Shown in pieces: positions 38,614 to 52,079 of a DNA stretch of 64,000 nucleotides. Every line of letters starts with the position of its first letter. Positions within the stretch are counted from its first letter, which is position 1. Made by a program: the position numbers and the translations under genes. The notes beneath the pieces are model-generated. The model was not told where the DNA came from and made no database searches. It worked only from the letters and a program-made list of their open reading frames with translations. The DNA comes from Octopus sinensis (lineage: Eukaryota). The DNA is taken from positions 63,488,001-63,552,000 of the forward strand of contig NC_042997.1 in NCBI RefSeq assembly GCF_006345805.1, read 5' to 3'.

Positions 38614-40188
38614 ACGTTATATGTATATTAGTAGAAAGGCCACCCACCGGGCGGTTTTCTTTTAGCCACTTGATAATATTTTCACATTTGATTCCCAATT
38701 CTAATAATCTTTATGATATTTTACATCTAATTATTTCTTTGTATGATAGTGCTCATTTTCTTAGTAAATATTGCTTACATTATTTTACCACAGTCATAAT
38801 CTCTGTTTTTTAAACAAACATCAAGCTAGTCCAAATACGGAGGGAGAGCAGTTTGTTAAGCTTTATTTTCCCCTGAAAGCAACATAGAGATTTCAATTCA
38901 GCCACCCATCTGTAAGCTTTGTTGTGTGTGAAAGAGTGGGGAGAGAACATTGCAAACAATGGATGAAATAAACATGAAATGAAAAATCGTATAAATAAAA
39001 GGGCATAACTACATATGGATACGCCCTTGATTCATTGCCTCAAACATCCAGAAAAATGGATACTGTTTAATGAATGTTTCCACAGATACCGGTTAGATGA
39101 TGTGGCTTCAGAATATATAGGGATTTATGAGAAAGAATTATTCTGAGGTGTTGGAGAGAGGAGTTTGGGAAAATTCACGCGATCCGAATTTTCTTTCATA
39201 GCTTCCAGGAAATGGGTATCTTTTAATGAAAGTTTATAAAAAGCATACATTACGATTATATAGAAAGTTGAGGGGAAATCATTTCCGACAGGTGAGGAGA
39301 GAAGTTTCGGATCAAATATCAAGACTAAATATGTTAGAACTACTCCGTTTTGACAGGGTTTTTACTCATTTTTCTTTAAACCATAGACTTTCAAATGGTG
39401 GGGCAACTTTATATAAAAAATGTTTTGAAAATTTTTTAACCCTCCTCTCCCACATCATCCCACTCCGGACCGATTGTTTCTGTTTATAAATTAAAATATT
39501 GGAGAACCTGAGAATGTTATTGCCGGTATTTATCCACAGTGATTTAAAGATAGAGTTATGCAAACGATAATTCATTTTAATAGCATACTTTTTCTGTTAG
39601 AAAATGTTCCTCTCATAGTTTTTAATTTAAATAATGGCCAAAATCGGCCCGGTTAGTTATTATTGCGAGGTTTATAGCGTTCCAAACAGCCATAAGAACG
39701 AAATCATTTCTTTTTTGTCTTTTTACACAAATTATACTAGTATATTAAAAAACCCAGCCAAATCTCCATCTTATTCTGTACGCAGTTTTACCTTTTAAAT
39801 CGACAAAGATTTGCTTGAATTGTGCTCGTGGTCTTTAAACTTGCCATGCCAATCGGACTTAGATACATGTGATTGAAATGTATACTTCTGAATCATAATT
39901 TGTCCTAGTATTTCGAAACAACTAACAAACTAGAAAGAAAGTTTCTACATTGTCAATTACCTTATTAGAGATAGTAACCATTACAATTACAACCTGATAA
40001 ATAGACTTTAAAATTGCGAGGTGCTTATATCTAGGGAGTTTACATTGCTGTAATGTCTGTAAAACCGATGTTTTAGCCGTCATCTTGAACGAAAGAAAGA
40101 GTTAAAACGGTATACGCTTGGATAATATATCCCCCGAAATTCACTTTGTATATACATATATACATCGTATATATACATATATACATCG

Positions 40189-40253
<65 letters not shown>

Positions 40254-40592
40254 ATGTGTGTGTATAATATTTTGGACTAATGAGTATAGGTCAATTAGTG
40301 TGCTAGTGTATTGAGTAAAGCAGTGGCACATTTTGGGCTACCGGATGTCATCAGCAGTTGGGATATATTTCCATTGGATCTACTTCAGGAATTGTGCAGT
40401 TTTAGTTGAGATAATAATCGATTAACTAAACAGAAGATCGTATCGACCTATCCTGCAGGTGATCTTTATAGGTCGGATGCTGTGTATCATACTATGTCGC
40501 ATCATTAAGTGGTGTCTCGCTAAGCGGGCACATGACAATATGACTGCCGAAAATCAAGATCTTTAGCGAGAAACCATTTTATGTATAATGTA

Positions 40593-40677
<85 letters not shown>

Positions 40678-40679
40678 TT

Positions 40680-41040
40680 AAATTAATAATAAAAGGGTAA
40701 AGTTTATTAATTATATTAATTATTTAATTGATCAATTAATTAATAATTTTACCAAGTAGATCAGTACGTTAAAATAAACTTTATAGGTCAAATTAAATTA
40801 GCGTTAAAATAAACTTTATAGGTCAAATTATAATTAGCGTTCAGCTAATTGCTTCACCACATACCGAATTTAGAAATAGAAGTTAAGAATTTTCATGACC
40901 GTAACTTACATTTTTGCCTTCGTAAAAATGTATGTTACGGTCATGGAGATTCTTATAGTAGCGGAAAAGAAATTTTAACTCCTATTTTAAATTCGGTATG
41001 TGGTGAAGCAATTAGCTGAATCGAAAATATAATTATATAT
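40680..41040. mobile_element. (TA)n-flanked foldback element related to the 19.5-kb element
   Basis: Hairpin arms 40840-41020 with an inner stem 40894-40945 and a ~38-bp tandem duplication at 40767-40838. Starts AATTAATAATAAAA after (TA)n, like the element at 19512. Confidence 0.65.
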
Positions 41041-41044
41041 ATTA

Positions 41045-41099
<55 letters not shown>

Positions 41100-41312
41100 T
41101 ATATATATATATATATATATAATATATATATTATATATATATAATATATATATATTATATATATAATATAATATTATAATATATATATATATACACACAT
41201 ACATTGCATATTTCGTCGTATTGTTAGAATTTTAGCGATCGATATTTATATTAATAGACTAACATGTAAGATCAACTGTCTGTATATTCATTTGACCGTA
41301 CATGTTGATGGT

Positions 41313-41638
41313 GAGGGCGCGTGGCTTAGTGGTTAGGGCATTCGGCTCATGATCGTAAGGTTGTGAGTTCGATTCCCGGCGACGCGTTGTGTCCTTGAGC
41401 AAGACACTTTATTTCACGTTGCTCCAGTCCACTCAGCTGGCAAAAATGAGTTGTACTTGTATTTCAAAGGGTCAGCCTTGTCACTCTCTGTGTCACGCTG
41501 ATTATCCCCGAGAACTACGTTAAGGGTACACGTGTCTGTGGAATGCTCAGCCATTTGCACGTTAATTTCACGAGCAAGCTGTTCCGTTGATCGTATCAGC
41601 TCGGACCCTCGTCGTCGTAACCAGCGGAGTCTTTTTTT
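41313..41638 (+). mobile_element. tRNA/CORE-like SINE, family C, full length
   Basis: A box TGGCTTAGTGG, B box GTTCGATTC, CORE-like GTGTCCTTGAGCAAGACACTT, and a T-run end. Confidence 0.88.
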
Positions 41639-41828
41639 TAAACATGTTGATGAGGACGCCTTTTTAACCTTCTTAATGACTGCCCTCAGATTCTCCGAGA
41701 CTAGGCATAATCATAGACTTGGAAAGTCTGTAGGGGTGTGCTCAGGTTTTTGAGGTACTCAGTAGTAGCGCATCAGCTAAGGGGACACTAGGGGATTTTC
41801 TCACACACGGACACGCACCCGCCCCTCT

Positions 41829-41888
41829 TCCAGCCCTCATCCCAGCCCTCATCCCAGTCCTCACCCCAGCCCTCACCCCAGCCCTCAC
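41829..41888. repeat. 12-bp minisatellite (CCAGCCCTCA(T/C)C) x5
   Basis: Directly visible. Confidence 0.85.
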
Positions 41889-42798
41889 ATACCTCACACA
41901 CCCCACCTACATATGTGTATGTGTATATGCATGTATATCCATGTATACTGCATATGCGTGTGTACACGTGGCTGCACATCTATTTCAAGAGCACCTGTAC
42001 CTGTAAATATTTCAATGTTTATATAAAATTTTCCAAATATCAAAATATTTATTTCCTTAATTATTTTTTCAACCGGCTTACTATTTTAGCTCCAGGCAAA
42101 TCCTAACAAAGTTGGCCTCTGATCAAAAACGTTCCAGACATCACCATGTGGTGTTGTTTCTTTGAGATTATGTATCAAGGACTAATTAGTTTGTTTATGC
42201 GTGCTTACATTTTAAAAATCAGTAAATGAAATTCTTGGGAGAATTCGCTCTTATCCCTACGAAGCTGGGTTTTCACGCAGAGCTTTTCTCCTTCAGAAGT
42301 GTTTTCATAAGCTTAAGACCAAGATCAAAATATAAAATGATTTTCATGTAACAGAGTTTGCATAATATTTACAAGGAATTCGAAGCAATGCTACGGATTG
42401 TGAAAAACATTTCATCCCACAATACCAAAATAAAAATCCATGCATATATAATATTACAGAGATCTTACTAAGAATTTCGTATTCTGGATACGTTGTTTTA
42501 GTAAATGCTGTACTAACTAATTGAGACAGAAATAATTTTATATACCGAAACTGTGTCCAAACTAAATGCGAAACCGTGGAATCTTCATAACGTCTACTAT
42601 AGTATACAACTATCCTACGTTAAAATCAATTTCCTTCTGAATTACTGTTGCCGACACAAGTCTTTAGTGGTTTTCCTCGATTCAAGTTTTTACCTTTTTC
42701 ATCTCACTTAACTAAACTGTCATTTGATGTTCTGGTTCCTATCTTTTTCTTGTTATCAATGAAATCAAATTCACATGGCAAAAATACGATTTTGATGT

Positions 42799-43121
42799 AT
42801 GATTTGAGCATAAATGTAGTCAATTCGCGATCTACTAAAAATAATTTCCGTTTTATACCAGAATTGGCTAAATGTATGTAATGAAGAAATATTGAAAATG
42901 CTGCCGTACATATCCACATACAACCCCAGAAACAAAGAAGCCTTCACTATCATCACCCAAGAAAGAAATATCAACTCTATACTAAATACAGAGTATCGCT
43001 AACATAGACTTGAACAGGCAATTCTTCAGGCTATAGACCGCATAAAAAGCAGAAGATTTGCATGAGAACAACAATACTTGTCTGTTATATTTAATTTCTC
43101 TTTGCTACTTAATCATTAATA
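42799..43121. repeat. Left arm of a perfect 323-bp inverted repeat
   Basis: Exact reverse complement of 45861-46183 in every block compared. Confidence 0.92.
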
Positions 43122-43497
43122 GACTGGGACGTAGGTATTTAAAACTTAATGTTAATTGCGATAAATATTTTCTCTCAGTGATCTACATGTCTATCACTTT
43201 GTAGCCAATACAAGAATTTCTACCATGCAATTCACAACTGCTAGAAAACAGCCGCAATTAAGATTTTCAGGGCAATGAACTTCAATAGACATACATAGAC
43301 ACTCATATATTGTTGATTTGCATATGTAGACGAGGTCGTAGGCGTTTTATTTGAAATGTATAATGCTAAAAAAGAAAACTGAAAAAGCTATAGTTTGCGA
43401 ATGTGTGGCCGTCCGCACATATAAGTGTGTCCTATGTACATTCATAGGAAATGTTATTCCAAAATGTTTTTCAAGCAATATATATATATATATATAT

Positions 43498-43562
<65 letters not shown>

Positions 43563-43800
43563 CATACAATCTATACACACACATAGAAACCCCTTTATAT
43601 ATATATATATACATTATTAAGGATTCTGATGAATCAGGTACTTAAATGACAGACACCGGGTTTCGTCGAATTAACTTGTAAACAGAAGATTTATTTGAAT
43701 TAGTACCATGGGTATCATAGTACATCCAGTGAAATATTCAGGTTATGTATACAGAGAGTTTAACCGTTATGAGTATGTTAATAACCTACCGGCTAATCCA

Positions 43801-43885
<85 letters not shown>

Positions 43886-43983
43886 ACGGGAAGCTTTATG
43901 AAAATTATCAAAAGACGAAGGCAGGTGGAATACAAACAAACAATTGTATTAGTATGGCGCTCAGGAATATAAATAAAACAAGT

Positions 43984-44019
43984 CTTTTACGCTTCGAGCC
44001 TACGCTCTTCAACAGAAAG
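43984..44019 (-). ncRNA. Degenerate minimal hammerhead-like motif (Penelope-type layout)
   Basis: CUUU-CUGUUGA-A-GAGC-GUAG-GCUC-GAAG-CG-UA-AAAG. Stems I and II pair; the core has two substitutions. Confidence 0.4.
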
Positions 44020-45794
44020 TTACACAGAAAAGAAACACGGAGAGAAACAAGGTGAGAAAATAAAATGCGTGCAGAAGCTAGCGAATCAACATATATGTGC
44101 CGGCACTCAGAATTTGAAAGAAAAATCGGCGAGAGATTTTGAAATACTCGGTCTAAAAGAACTGTGGATAGGATATTTACTTCAATAAGATCCTCGAGGT
44201 AATCGTTGTTGTCTAAATTTCTGTAAGAGTTTACATGGGTTCTTATTTCTCAAGTCGGAGTCTATATAATTGAAATGACGTCGATAAATTGTTTTCTCGG
44301 TAAGCTCACAGTAAAAATAGAATTTTTTGATTGGTTAGAAAAATCACCAATTACAAGTTTATTAATGATTAAAAAGAAAAAAATAGAGTAAGTGTAAAGG
44401 ATGTGGTTGATGATTCTTTCTCGTTCAGCAAAGGTAATCTCAGCGACTCAACACAAAAATAAAATAAAAAACTTAAACGAGATGTCATTAGTTCTAAGCA
44501 ACAACACCTGCATTGTTTCAACAGTTAAATTTAATACAAATTTCGAAAACAATGTCGTCAACAATAGGGGTCGGTTTCTATAGTTACTCAACCTTCTTGA
44601 AATAACCGCAATCTCTCCTTTAAACGACCATCACCATATACAGTGATACGTTTGAAGATGTAAATGTAAATAACTTAATAAGAAAGTGATACATTTCTAA
44701 GAAATCTTTCCTAGATATCAATAAAGGTGAAACGCGTTAAAGACGTATTCATACATACAAACGTGCATGTATGCATGCATCCATGTATGCATGCATCCAT
44801 GTATGCATGCATCCATGAATGCATGCATCCGTGTATGCATGCATCTATGCATGTGTGCATGCATGCATGCATCCATCCATCCATGCATAGATAGATAGAT
44901 ACATACATATACGGATACCTACAAAAACGCATACACATACTCAGATGTATATATATATATTGATACTGGTAGAGTCTCCTGTTGATGCAGAGTGTTTTAG
45001 GCAAGTATTAACAAATGTCTATATGATACTGAGCAAGTGTGTGTCATAATGTCGGTTTACCTCATATATAATGTCTTGTATTATTTGTCTGAGAAAAAAT
45101 TTATTGGGTATTGACTCGATTGAAATAAAATATATTATTAATCTCAAAAACAGTAGTGTATACCCTTATTTTTCGACAGCCTAAACTAAAAGTATATATA
45201 TATAGGTGAGAGAGTTGGTGTGTGAAAGCACGTAGTTGGATGTATAAAAGACAAAAAAGAGTGAAAAAACTACAGAAGGCTTGTGTTATATGGTTAAATA
45301 ATATATTTAAATCGTTAGGTTAGAAAAATATTATAAAATTTTGCGTGTAGTAACGTAGTTTTTGGGACATAACCGGGCTCGTATTTCCCTTTCAAATTTC
45401 TCAAATTTCTTTACCTACATCATATCATGTCTTCGCTATGTTGTGAAATATGGGGTTCCAAGCAGGGGAAGGTAATCAGGGATCTTTTCCGGTATAAGGG
45501 AGATAATGAAAAATGTTGGGAATTACACGCTTTAGAAGGAATAGAATGTTACAAGTGGTTGAGTTTTGCCTTATATTTTTTTCAATGAGGTGAGTTTCCT
45601 TATTTAAAAATGTATTTTGACCCTGGTCAAAGCAGTAATTGTTGGGCAATTTTTAGAAATGTAAACAAAATTCCACAGGGATTTTTACATTTCAGTTATC
45701 ATAACCATCATTATCATCTCCTTTATCATTTTTGTTAGTGGTGGTGGTGTTGGTGTTGGCGGTGTTGGTAGGAGTAGCTGTGGCCATATATACA

Positions 45795-45839
45795 TGAACC
45801 TGAAGATTGGATAGTTTAATACATAAAAGTACTAGTTCA
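45795..45839 (+). ncRNA. Decayed copy of the 49118 hammerhead motif
   Basis: UGAAC-CUGAAGA-UUGGAUAGUUUAAUACAU-AAAA-GUAC-UA-GUUCA. Stem I is perfect; GAAA is changed to AAAA and stem II is eroded. Confidence 0.45.
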
Positions 45840-45860
45840 ATCAGAATAAAGTTAATAGTT

Positions 45861-46183
45861 TATTAATGATTAAGTAGCAAAGAGAAATTAAATATAACAG
45901 ACAAGTATTGTTGTTCTCATGCAAATCTTCTGCTTTTTATGCGGTCTATAGCCTGAAGAATTGCCTGTTCAAGTCTATGTTAGCGATACTCTGTATTTAG
46001 TATAGAGTTGATATTTCTTTCTTGGGTGATGATAGTGAAGGCTTCTTTGTTTCTGGGGTTGTATGTGGATATGTACGGCAGCATTTTCAATATTTCTTCA
46101 TTACATACATTTAGCCAATTCTGGTATAAAACGGAAATTATTTTTAGTAGATCGCGAATTGACTACATTTATGCTCAAATCAT
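45861..46183. repeat. Right arm of the perfect 323-bp inverted repeat
   Basis: See 42799-43121. Confidence 0.92.
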
Positions 46184-46214
46184 TTCATTATATTATATCA
46201 ATTTTTAAAAGATT

Positions 46215-46615
46215 GTGGCTGTGTGGTAAGTAGCTTGCTAACCAATCACATGGTTCCGGGCTCAGTCCCACTGCGTGGCATCTTGGGCAAGTGTCTTCTG
46301 CTATAGCCCCGGGCCGACCAATGCCTTGTGAGTGGATTTGGTAGACAGAAACTGAAAGAAGCCTGTCGTATATATGTATATATATGTATATATATGTGTA
46401 TGTGTGTGTGTGTTTGTCCCCCTAGCATTGCTTGACAACCGATGCTGGTGTGTTTACGTTCCCGTCAATTAGTGGTTCGGCAAAAGAGACCGATAGAATA
46501 AGTACTGGGCTTACAAAGAATAAGTCCCGGGGTCGATTTGCTCGACTAAAGGCGGTGCTCCAGCATGGAAGCTGTCAAATGACTGAAACAAGTAAAAGAG
46601 TAAAGAGTAAAGAGT
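46215..46615 (+). mobile_element. SINE family B, full length
   Basis: tRNA-like head (GTGGCTGTGTGGTAAG..GGTTCCGGGCTCAGTCCC), CORE-like CTTGGGCAAGTGTCTT, an internal TA/TG tract, and the tail GACTGAAACAAGTAAAAGAGTAAAGAG. Confidence 0.88.
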
Positions 46616-46689
46616 ATAACATGAAAATCAGTCAGTTGGAATTTCGTTGAGTAATTCTATTCTTCTACACTCAACCATACGCACGCGTG

Positions 46690-46730
<41 letters not shown>

Positions 46731-46934
46731 CATTTTATATATACAAGAAAAGAGTTTGTATGTGTGTGCGTGTGCGCGCCTATGCTCCTTATGCATTCCA
46801 AAACCGAGTTGCCGATCTTCACGTATGGGGTAGCAAAAGATTCAGTAGGCTTTTAAATACCAACTAAACTATATTGTCATTCACATATTTTCATTACATT
46901 CTTCTTCAAAGGAAAGAATTACATCCAAATTAAA

Positions 46935-48056
46935 GATACAGTGATGGGAACGAAGTTTTCTCCCGTTTACGCGAACTCTTTAATGGGATAATTAGAACAA
47001 CAACTCTACCAAAAAGTAGAGCAAAACTATAGGAATTGATTTAGAAATTATATTGAAAATGCATGAAAGAGATATTATGACGATAGTTTCATAATCTGGA
47101 CAGAATCTCTAAATAATCTGGATGAGTTCAATATCCTCCTGAACAACCTACACCCATTTCTCCAAGTTACAAAGGAGATGAGTAGTACCAAATTACTATT
47201 CCTAGATATAATGGTAATTAAAAATGGACATTACCATTATCACATGTATATACTACAAACACACGGATACACATCAATAACTCAATTTTAAGTCGTTCCA
47301 TCCACCGCATACAAAACGCAACATCCCATACAGCCTAGCCAGAAGAATCTGTACCATTGTAGAAGACGCAAATATCAGGAACAAACGCCTAACAGAACGA
47401 AGAGGATTTTTGCTCAAACAAAAATAACCCTCTCTACATATAGAAAATGGCATACAGAGGGCTATAAAAATACCCATGCAGCAACTGAAGACAACCCAAA
47501 GAAGAGGAAAAGAGGAACAAGTCATACTATTTGTAGTGACACACAACCCATGTCACAAGAATATCTTCAACATGGCCAAAGCAAGCCTACCAATCATTGC
47601 TCAAAATAATGAATTACAAGTTATATTCACAGATCGAGATATGGTTCTTAGTAAAAACTTTAAAAAGATATTTAAAAAGTCAAAGTTTGACCTTAGCAAC
47701 AAAGACCAATCATTCACTCATTAGCCAAGGAGACACATAGTTACATACCATACAATATATGAACACAAAGACCGAAAAAATATTCACAAACGCAAATATG
47801 AACTGCAAAAGCAGAAATTTCATTTACTGCATTAGAAGCCCGAATTGTGAAGCCTTATATGTAGGTCAGACTGGAAATGGACAATCAGAACGTTCACATA
47901 TGAGCCGACAGCAAATTATAGACCTAGATGTCCGTCATATACCCTTGAGTAACCATCTAGCAACATGTGGTCGGAAAATACAATATTTCCATTCTCCAAA
48001 CTACAGAGTCCAAGTGAAATTGAGAGACAAATTAGAGAAAAGAACTTTATTAATAA
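46935..48056 (+). mobile_element. Penelope-like element fossil (RT C-terminus and GIY-YIG endonuclease)
   Basis: VMGTKFSPVYAN, RYYDDSFIIW, FLDIMV, HPPHTKRNIPYSLARRI, and CKSRNFIYCIRSPNCEALYVGQTGN (GIY-YIG). Contains stops and frameshifts. Confidence 0.88.
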
Positions 48057-48057
48057 A

Positions 48058-48581
48058 CTAGCAGCATAGTCCGGCTTTGCCCCGGTATGTAAGAGCTCCT
48101 GGAGCAGACATGATGCTCGCTGTGAATTTTAAAAAAGTTCCTGCAAATTTGTGAAAGATATTGTCGAAAATATGTCATCTTGAATTTGAACGCGATTTCC
48201 CAAAATGGAATGAATTTATCGATTTTTTCTGATGGTAAGGTATTGCATGGAAAACTAACGTCAGAATTAAGTTTCTTAGGGTAACATTAAGCTTCACCAT
48301 GAGTTTGGTGAAATTTCGATTGCAAGTTGCGAAAACTACAACAGAAAATGTGTTGCAAATAAAGTGCTTAGATTCTCGACCCCATGTCGAATGTATCAAT
48401 TTTTTTCAGAACTGGGGGAACTTTTCAAAATTTTCGCTGCGTTAGTTTTGAATTATGACATTGGGCTATGTGTGTGTCAAGTTTCATCAGAATCGGTTGA
48501 AAGCCGTGGTCAGGGTGAGGGTACAACCTGACAGACACACAGACACACAGACAGACAAACTGACGTTTATATATAGAGAGA
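48058..48581 (-). mobile_element. Non-autonomous Helitron (5' type B, 3' type Y)
   Basis: A|TC start at 48581, 3' hairpin CCGGGCAAAGCCGG, CTAG|T at 48058. Confidence 0.82.
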
Positions 48582-49117
48582 TTCCATCCGAAGCTAAATA
48601 AGCAATAATACTAAAACTTAGAGGTACTTTTTCTACTGCTACGACCACTACTACTAACCATAACAACAATACTAAAGGTGCTCGTGGTGACGATAGCAGG
48701 AAAATACCAAGTCAAGAGGAAAGTCAGTAAAATAATCTTATGTTTGGGTTTGAAGTTATATTAACATAGCTACTCCTACCATCACCACCACCACCACAAA
48801 CAACAACAACAACGACGACGACGACGACAAATATAGTAAAGATGATAATGGTGATTATGATAATTGAAATGCAAATTTCCGTGGGAAATGTTGTTTACTG
48901 CTTTGGTCAGGGTCAAAATACAAGTCTCTTGACATGTTCAACAAACCGTGACGCCTAAAGCAAACAACAGCCAAATTAAGTAATTGGTTAGATTGCTTAG
49001 ATTACAGTTTGGAAAAATTATCAGTTTGGAGCCTATACAAATATATATATAAGGCACACAGTTTAGCCATCTCACCACAGTTGTAAATTGTAAAATATCA
49101 TTGTCAGTACTAATACA

Positions 49118-49162
49118 TGAACCTGAAGATTGCATGGTTTAATGCATGAAAGTACTAGTTTA
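49118..49162 (+). ncRNA. Minimal type-I hammerhead ribozyme motif, intact core
   Basis: UGAAC-CUGAAGA-U-UGCAU-GGUUUA-AUGCA-U-GAAA-GUAC-UA-GUUUA. Stem I has 5 bp (one G-U), stem II 5 bp, stem III is the palindrome AGUACU, and the triplet is CUA. Confidence 0.65.
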
Positions 49163-49297
49163 ATCAGAATGGACATTTAATATTCTATCGTTTCATTATA
49201 ATGTATTATCTTATATTATATTATTATAAGATTGTAAATAAAACGTGAAAATCAGACATTGAGTAATATATTCTTCTATACACAATCATACACAACC

Positions 49298-49358
<61 letters not shown>

Positions 49359-49800
49359 CGCGTGTATGTGTGTGTATATACATATATGTATATATGTGTG
49401 AATATACCTATATAGCCATACATACACTCACACATACACAAACATGTATATTGTTCAAATCTAGATTTCTTAACACATGAGAAATTATGATAAATCAACG
49501 TTAAAAATACTGGCATCGAAAGCGTCTCAAAGTGTGTATATTGCAAGATAAAGAATAAAGAATAAAAGTAATTCATTTTCATTTTATTCCCGGATATTTG
49601 TTTCTATCACAAGAGAATTTTGCTATTTACATAAATATTCGTGTTTTCTAACATATAAAATCTACAATTGCAAGTTTTTCTGACAGAGGTGACTAAATTT
49701 AAATTGATTGATCGCAAAATTATTTCTTTGCTTTATTTTAATCTGGGGTGAATCTTAGAGAAAATCAAACAATATCATGTTCAGCTTACAGAGGCATGTG

Positions 49801-49834
<34 letters not shown>

Positions 49835-49989
49835 ATCTGTGTGTGTGTTTGTGTGTGTGTATGTGTGTCTGTATGTGTGTATGTGTGCATGCGTGTGTAG
49901 GAGGGGTTGGAGAATGAAATAAGGAAATGTATTATTTTAAAGCAATGTAAAAATCCCAGAATAAATATTTTCTACACATTAATCCCTGG

Positions 49990-50000
49990 TTTACTACTAT

Positions 50001-50031
<31 letters not shown>

Positions 50032-50096
50032 GATGTCATGATGATATAGACAATGATGATTGTGATGATAATGATGAAGGCGATCATGATGATGAA

Positions 50097-50148
<52 letters not shown>

Positions 50149-50218
50149 TGATGATGATGATGTGATGATGATGATGTGATGATGATGATGGTGATGATGA
50201 GGATTGTGATGATGATGA
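49990..50218. repeat. Compound (TAC)n/(GAT)n microsatellite
   Basis: Directly visible. Confidence 0.93.
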
Positions 50219-50221
50219 AAT

Positions 50222-52070
50222 TGATTAACGAATTTAACCACTAAAGCTTCACACAAACACAAAGAACGAAACATGACAATACAATACGGTATGATATGAT
50301 GGGGGATTAAATGAACGCGCCTATGCAAAATAATAAAATAGCAATGAAACAAAATATGTCAAACAAGGAAAAATCCCCCAAAATCTTCCCACGGTTGCTC
50401 GTGGAATCACAAGTAGCAACAGTCAACCTGACAACTAAAGCAAGTTCCCTCTCTTCCTCTTCCTCTCTCAATTTACAGTTACACACTCAGAGCCGGTCCG
50501 TTTACTCTGACCATCCTTGCCACATTTATCCACCTTTCATCTAATTTGCTGGAGAGCAACACTTTCCTCTCCATCCTCACTTTCCTTTTCAATTGACACT
50601 TGAAAGATTTTATGAGGTTTTGGTCAAAGACGAATGAGCCTGACTTGGGCCCTTTGAACCTGGTCCATCACACAACTTCTTCCGCTCAGGCCTCAGAACA
50701 AAATACTGCATATCATTTCCGTCCAACAGAAGGCAGTACAATAGACGCAGCCGTTTGCCAAGGTCCGTCTTACACGTGAAAAACACACAAGCCAACGATG
50801 CACGGGTACTAGATGAGTGTATGCAGAACCGTTCGCATGCATCTCGGGTAGCACTTCCATGACTTTAGAGTTTATCCCGAAGTAGCAATGTTCCTCGGCA
50901 GCAACGCAAATATAGAGTTACCTGGAAATTATCCACGGTCCCAGCACGATACCACTTCGGAACAGAGCAGCCACTTGATTCTCATCGATAGCCAACGTCA
51001 TCGAGAGAACGCTGCTACTAAACCTCTATAGAACGCCACAAATGTGGAACTTCCATAGTTCGCATTGCCCTACTGACAGAGGACTATGAGCCCCTAACAA
51101 GAGTATAGATGCCAGGTGCCCTGCCTCAATTTACACTTAAGGCAGGACTGCAGCTCAGCGACTAGCTACGGTAAAGCAATTCTGACAAATGGCGACCACA
51201 CCGTCAAGGAAACGCTGAAGATGTAGTAGCCTCAGTGTATGTCTGCGCATCATCCACGACATGTCCATTCTTCTATTCAGCGGGTATTATCAACAAATGG
51301 AGCGCTTGACCAGTGCTCCACCGAAAGCGGGAGTGTATGTTCTCCAATTTGGTCAGACGTAAATTGAGGTATGATATGGCGGTCAGACAGTGAAGTATGC
51401 ATTCGGAGGCGTTGTATGCATTCGCCACCTCTGCTCGATGTTTTGGGGATAGACTTTTCTCAGACCATTTCTAGGTGAGGTTTTTCACCTTGCTCGTCAC
51501 CTCGTTTAAGTGGTCCACCTGGAGGAGACAAAATTAGACCCACGACTTTATTGAACATGGACCTGCATCGCCAGGTGAATCATTACACTTGTCACCTCCT
51601 TGTAGTCTTTCAGAACAGTGCCGATCAGATGTTTGAGATGACATCATTTGTGTATGTTGACAGGATTCCCCCACGTTCTCGTGTGCACGCTATATCCTCA
51701 ACGTTTTCAATCAGTTCACTAATGACTCTGGAGTCAGTATATACAAAATGAACGATAAAGAACTACATTGGAGGACTGAGTTCCTGATACAGAATGGTTC
51801 CGATAGATAACCATTCACTTGAACCGCTGATTCGATGTTGATGCCTTGGGAACGGTCACCAGGTATTGGTGGTCGATCACTTCGATGATTTGGAATGATC
51901 TAAATATATCAAAACATTTCAGCTAATGTCACTGATCGACTGACACGAGACTTGGGCGCCTGGAACAGTGTGGGCGCCAAGCGCTCTGACGCGGTCTGCG
52001 TTTTATTCTGGACTGCAGTTCAGTCAAAGAGACAAGCTGTGGTAGAGCGAATCTAACAAATGGTTACCAC
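50222..52070 (-). mobile_element. Degenerate L1/Tx1-clade ORF2 (RT to C-terminus) with 3' UTR
   Basis: SAVQVNGYLSEPFCIRNSV and LKRKVRMERKVL..RWINVARMV (homologous to the end of the 31712..32251 ORF). The UTR runs into (CAT)n. Confidence 0.75.
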
Positions 52071-52079
52071 ATCAGCTCA

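Noticed and set aside
41313-41390. tRNA gene (also at the heads near 5986, 38613, 46215 and 24736)
   Set aside because: A/B boxes are present, but I see no proper cloverleaf or acceptor stem, and each continues into a SINE body.
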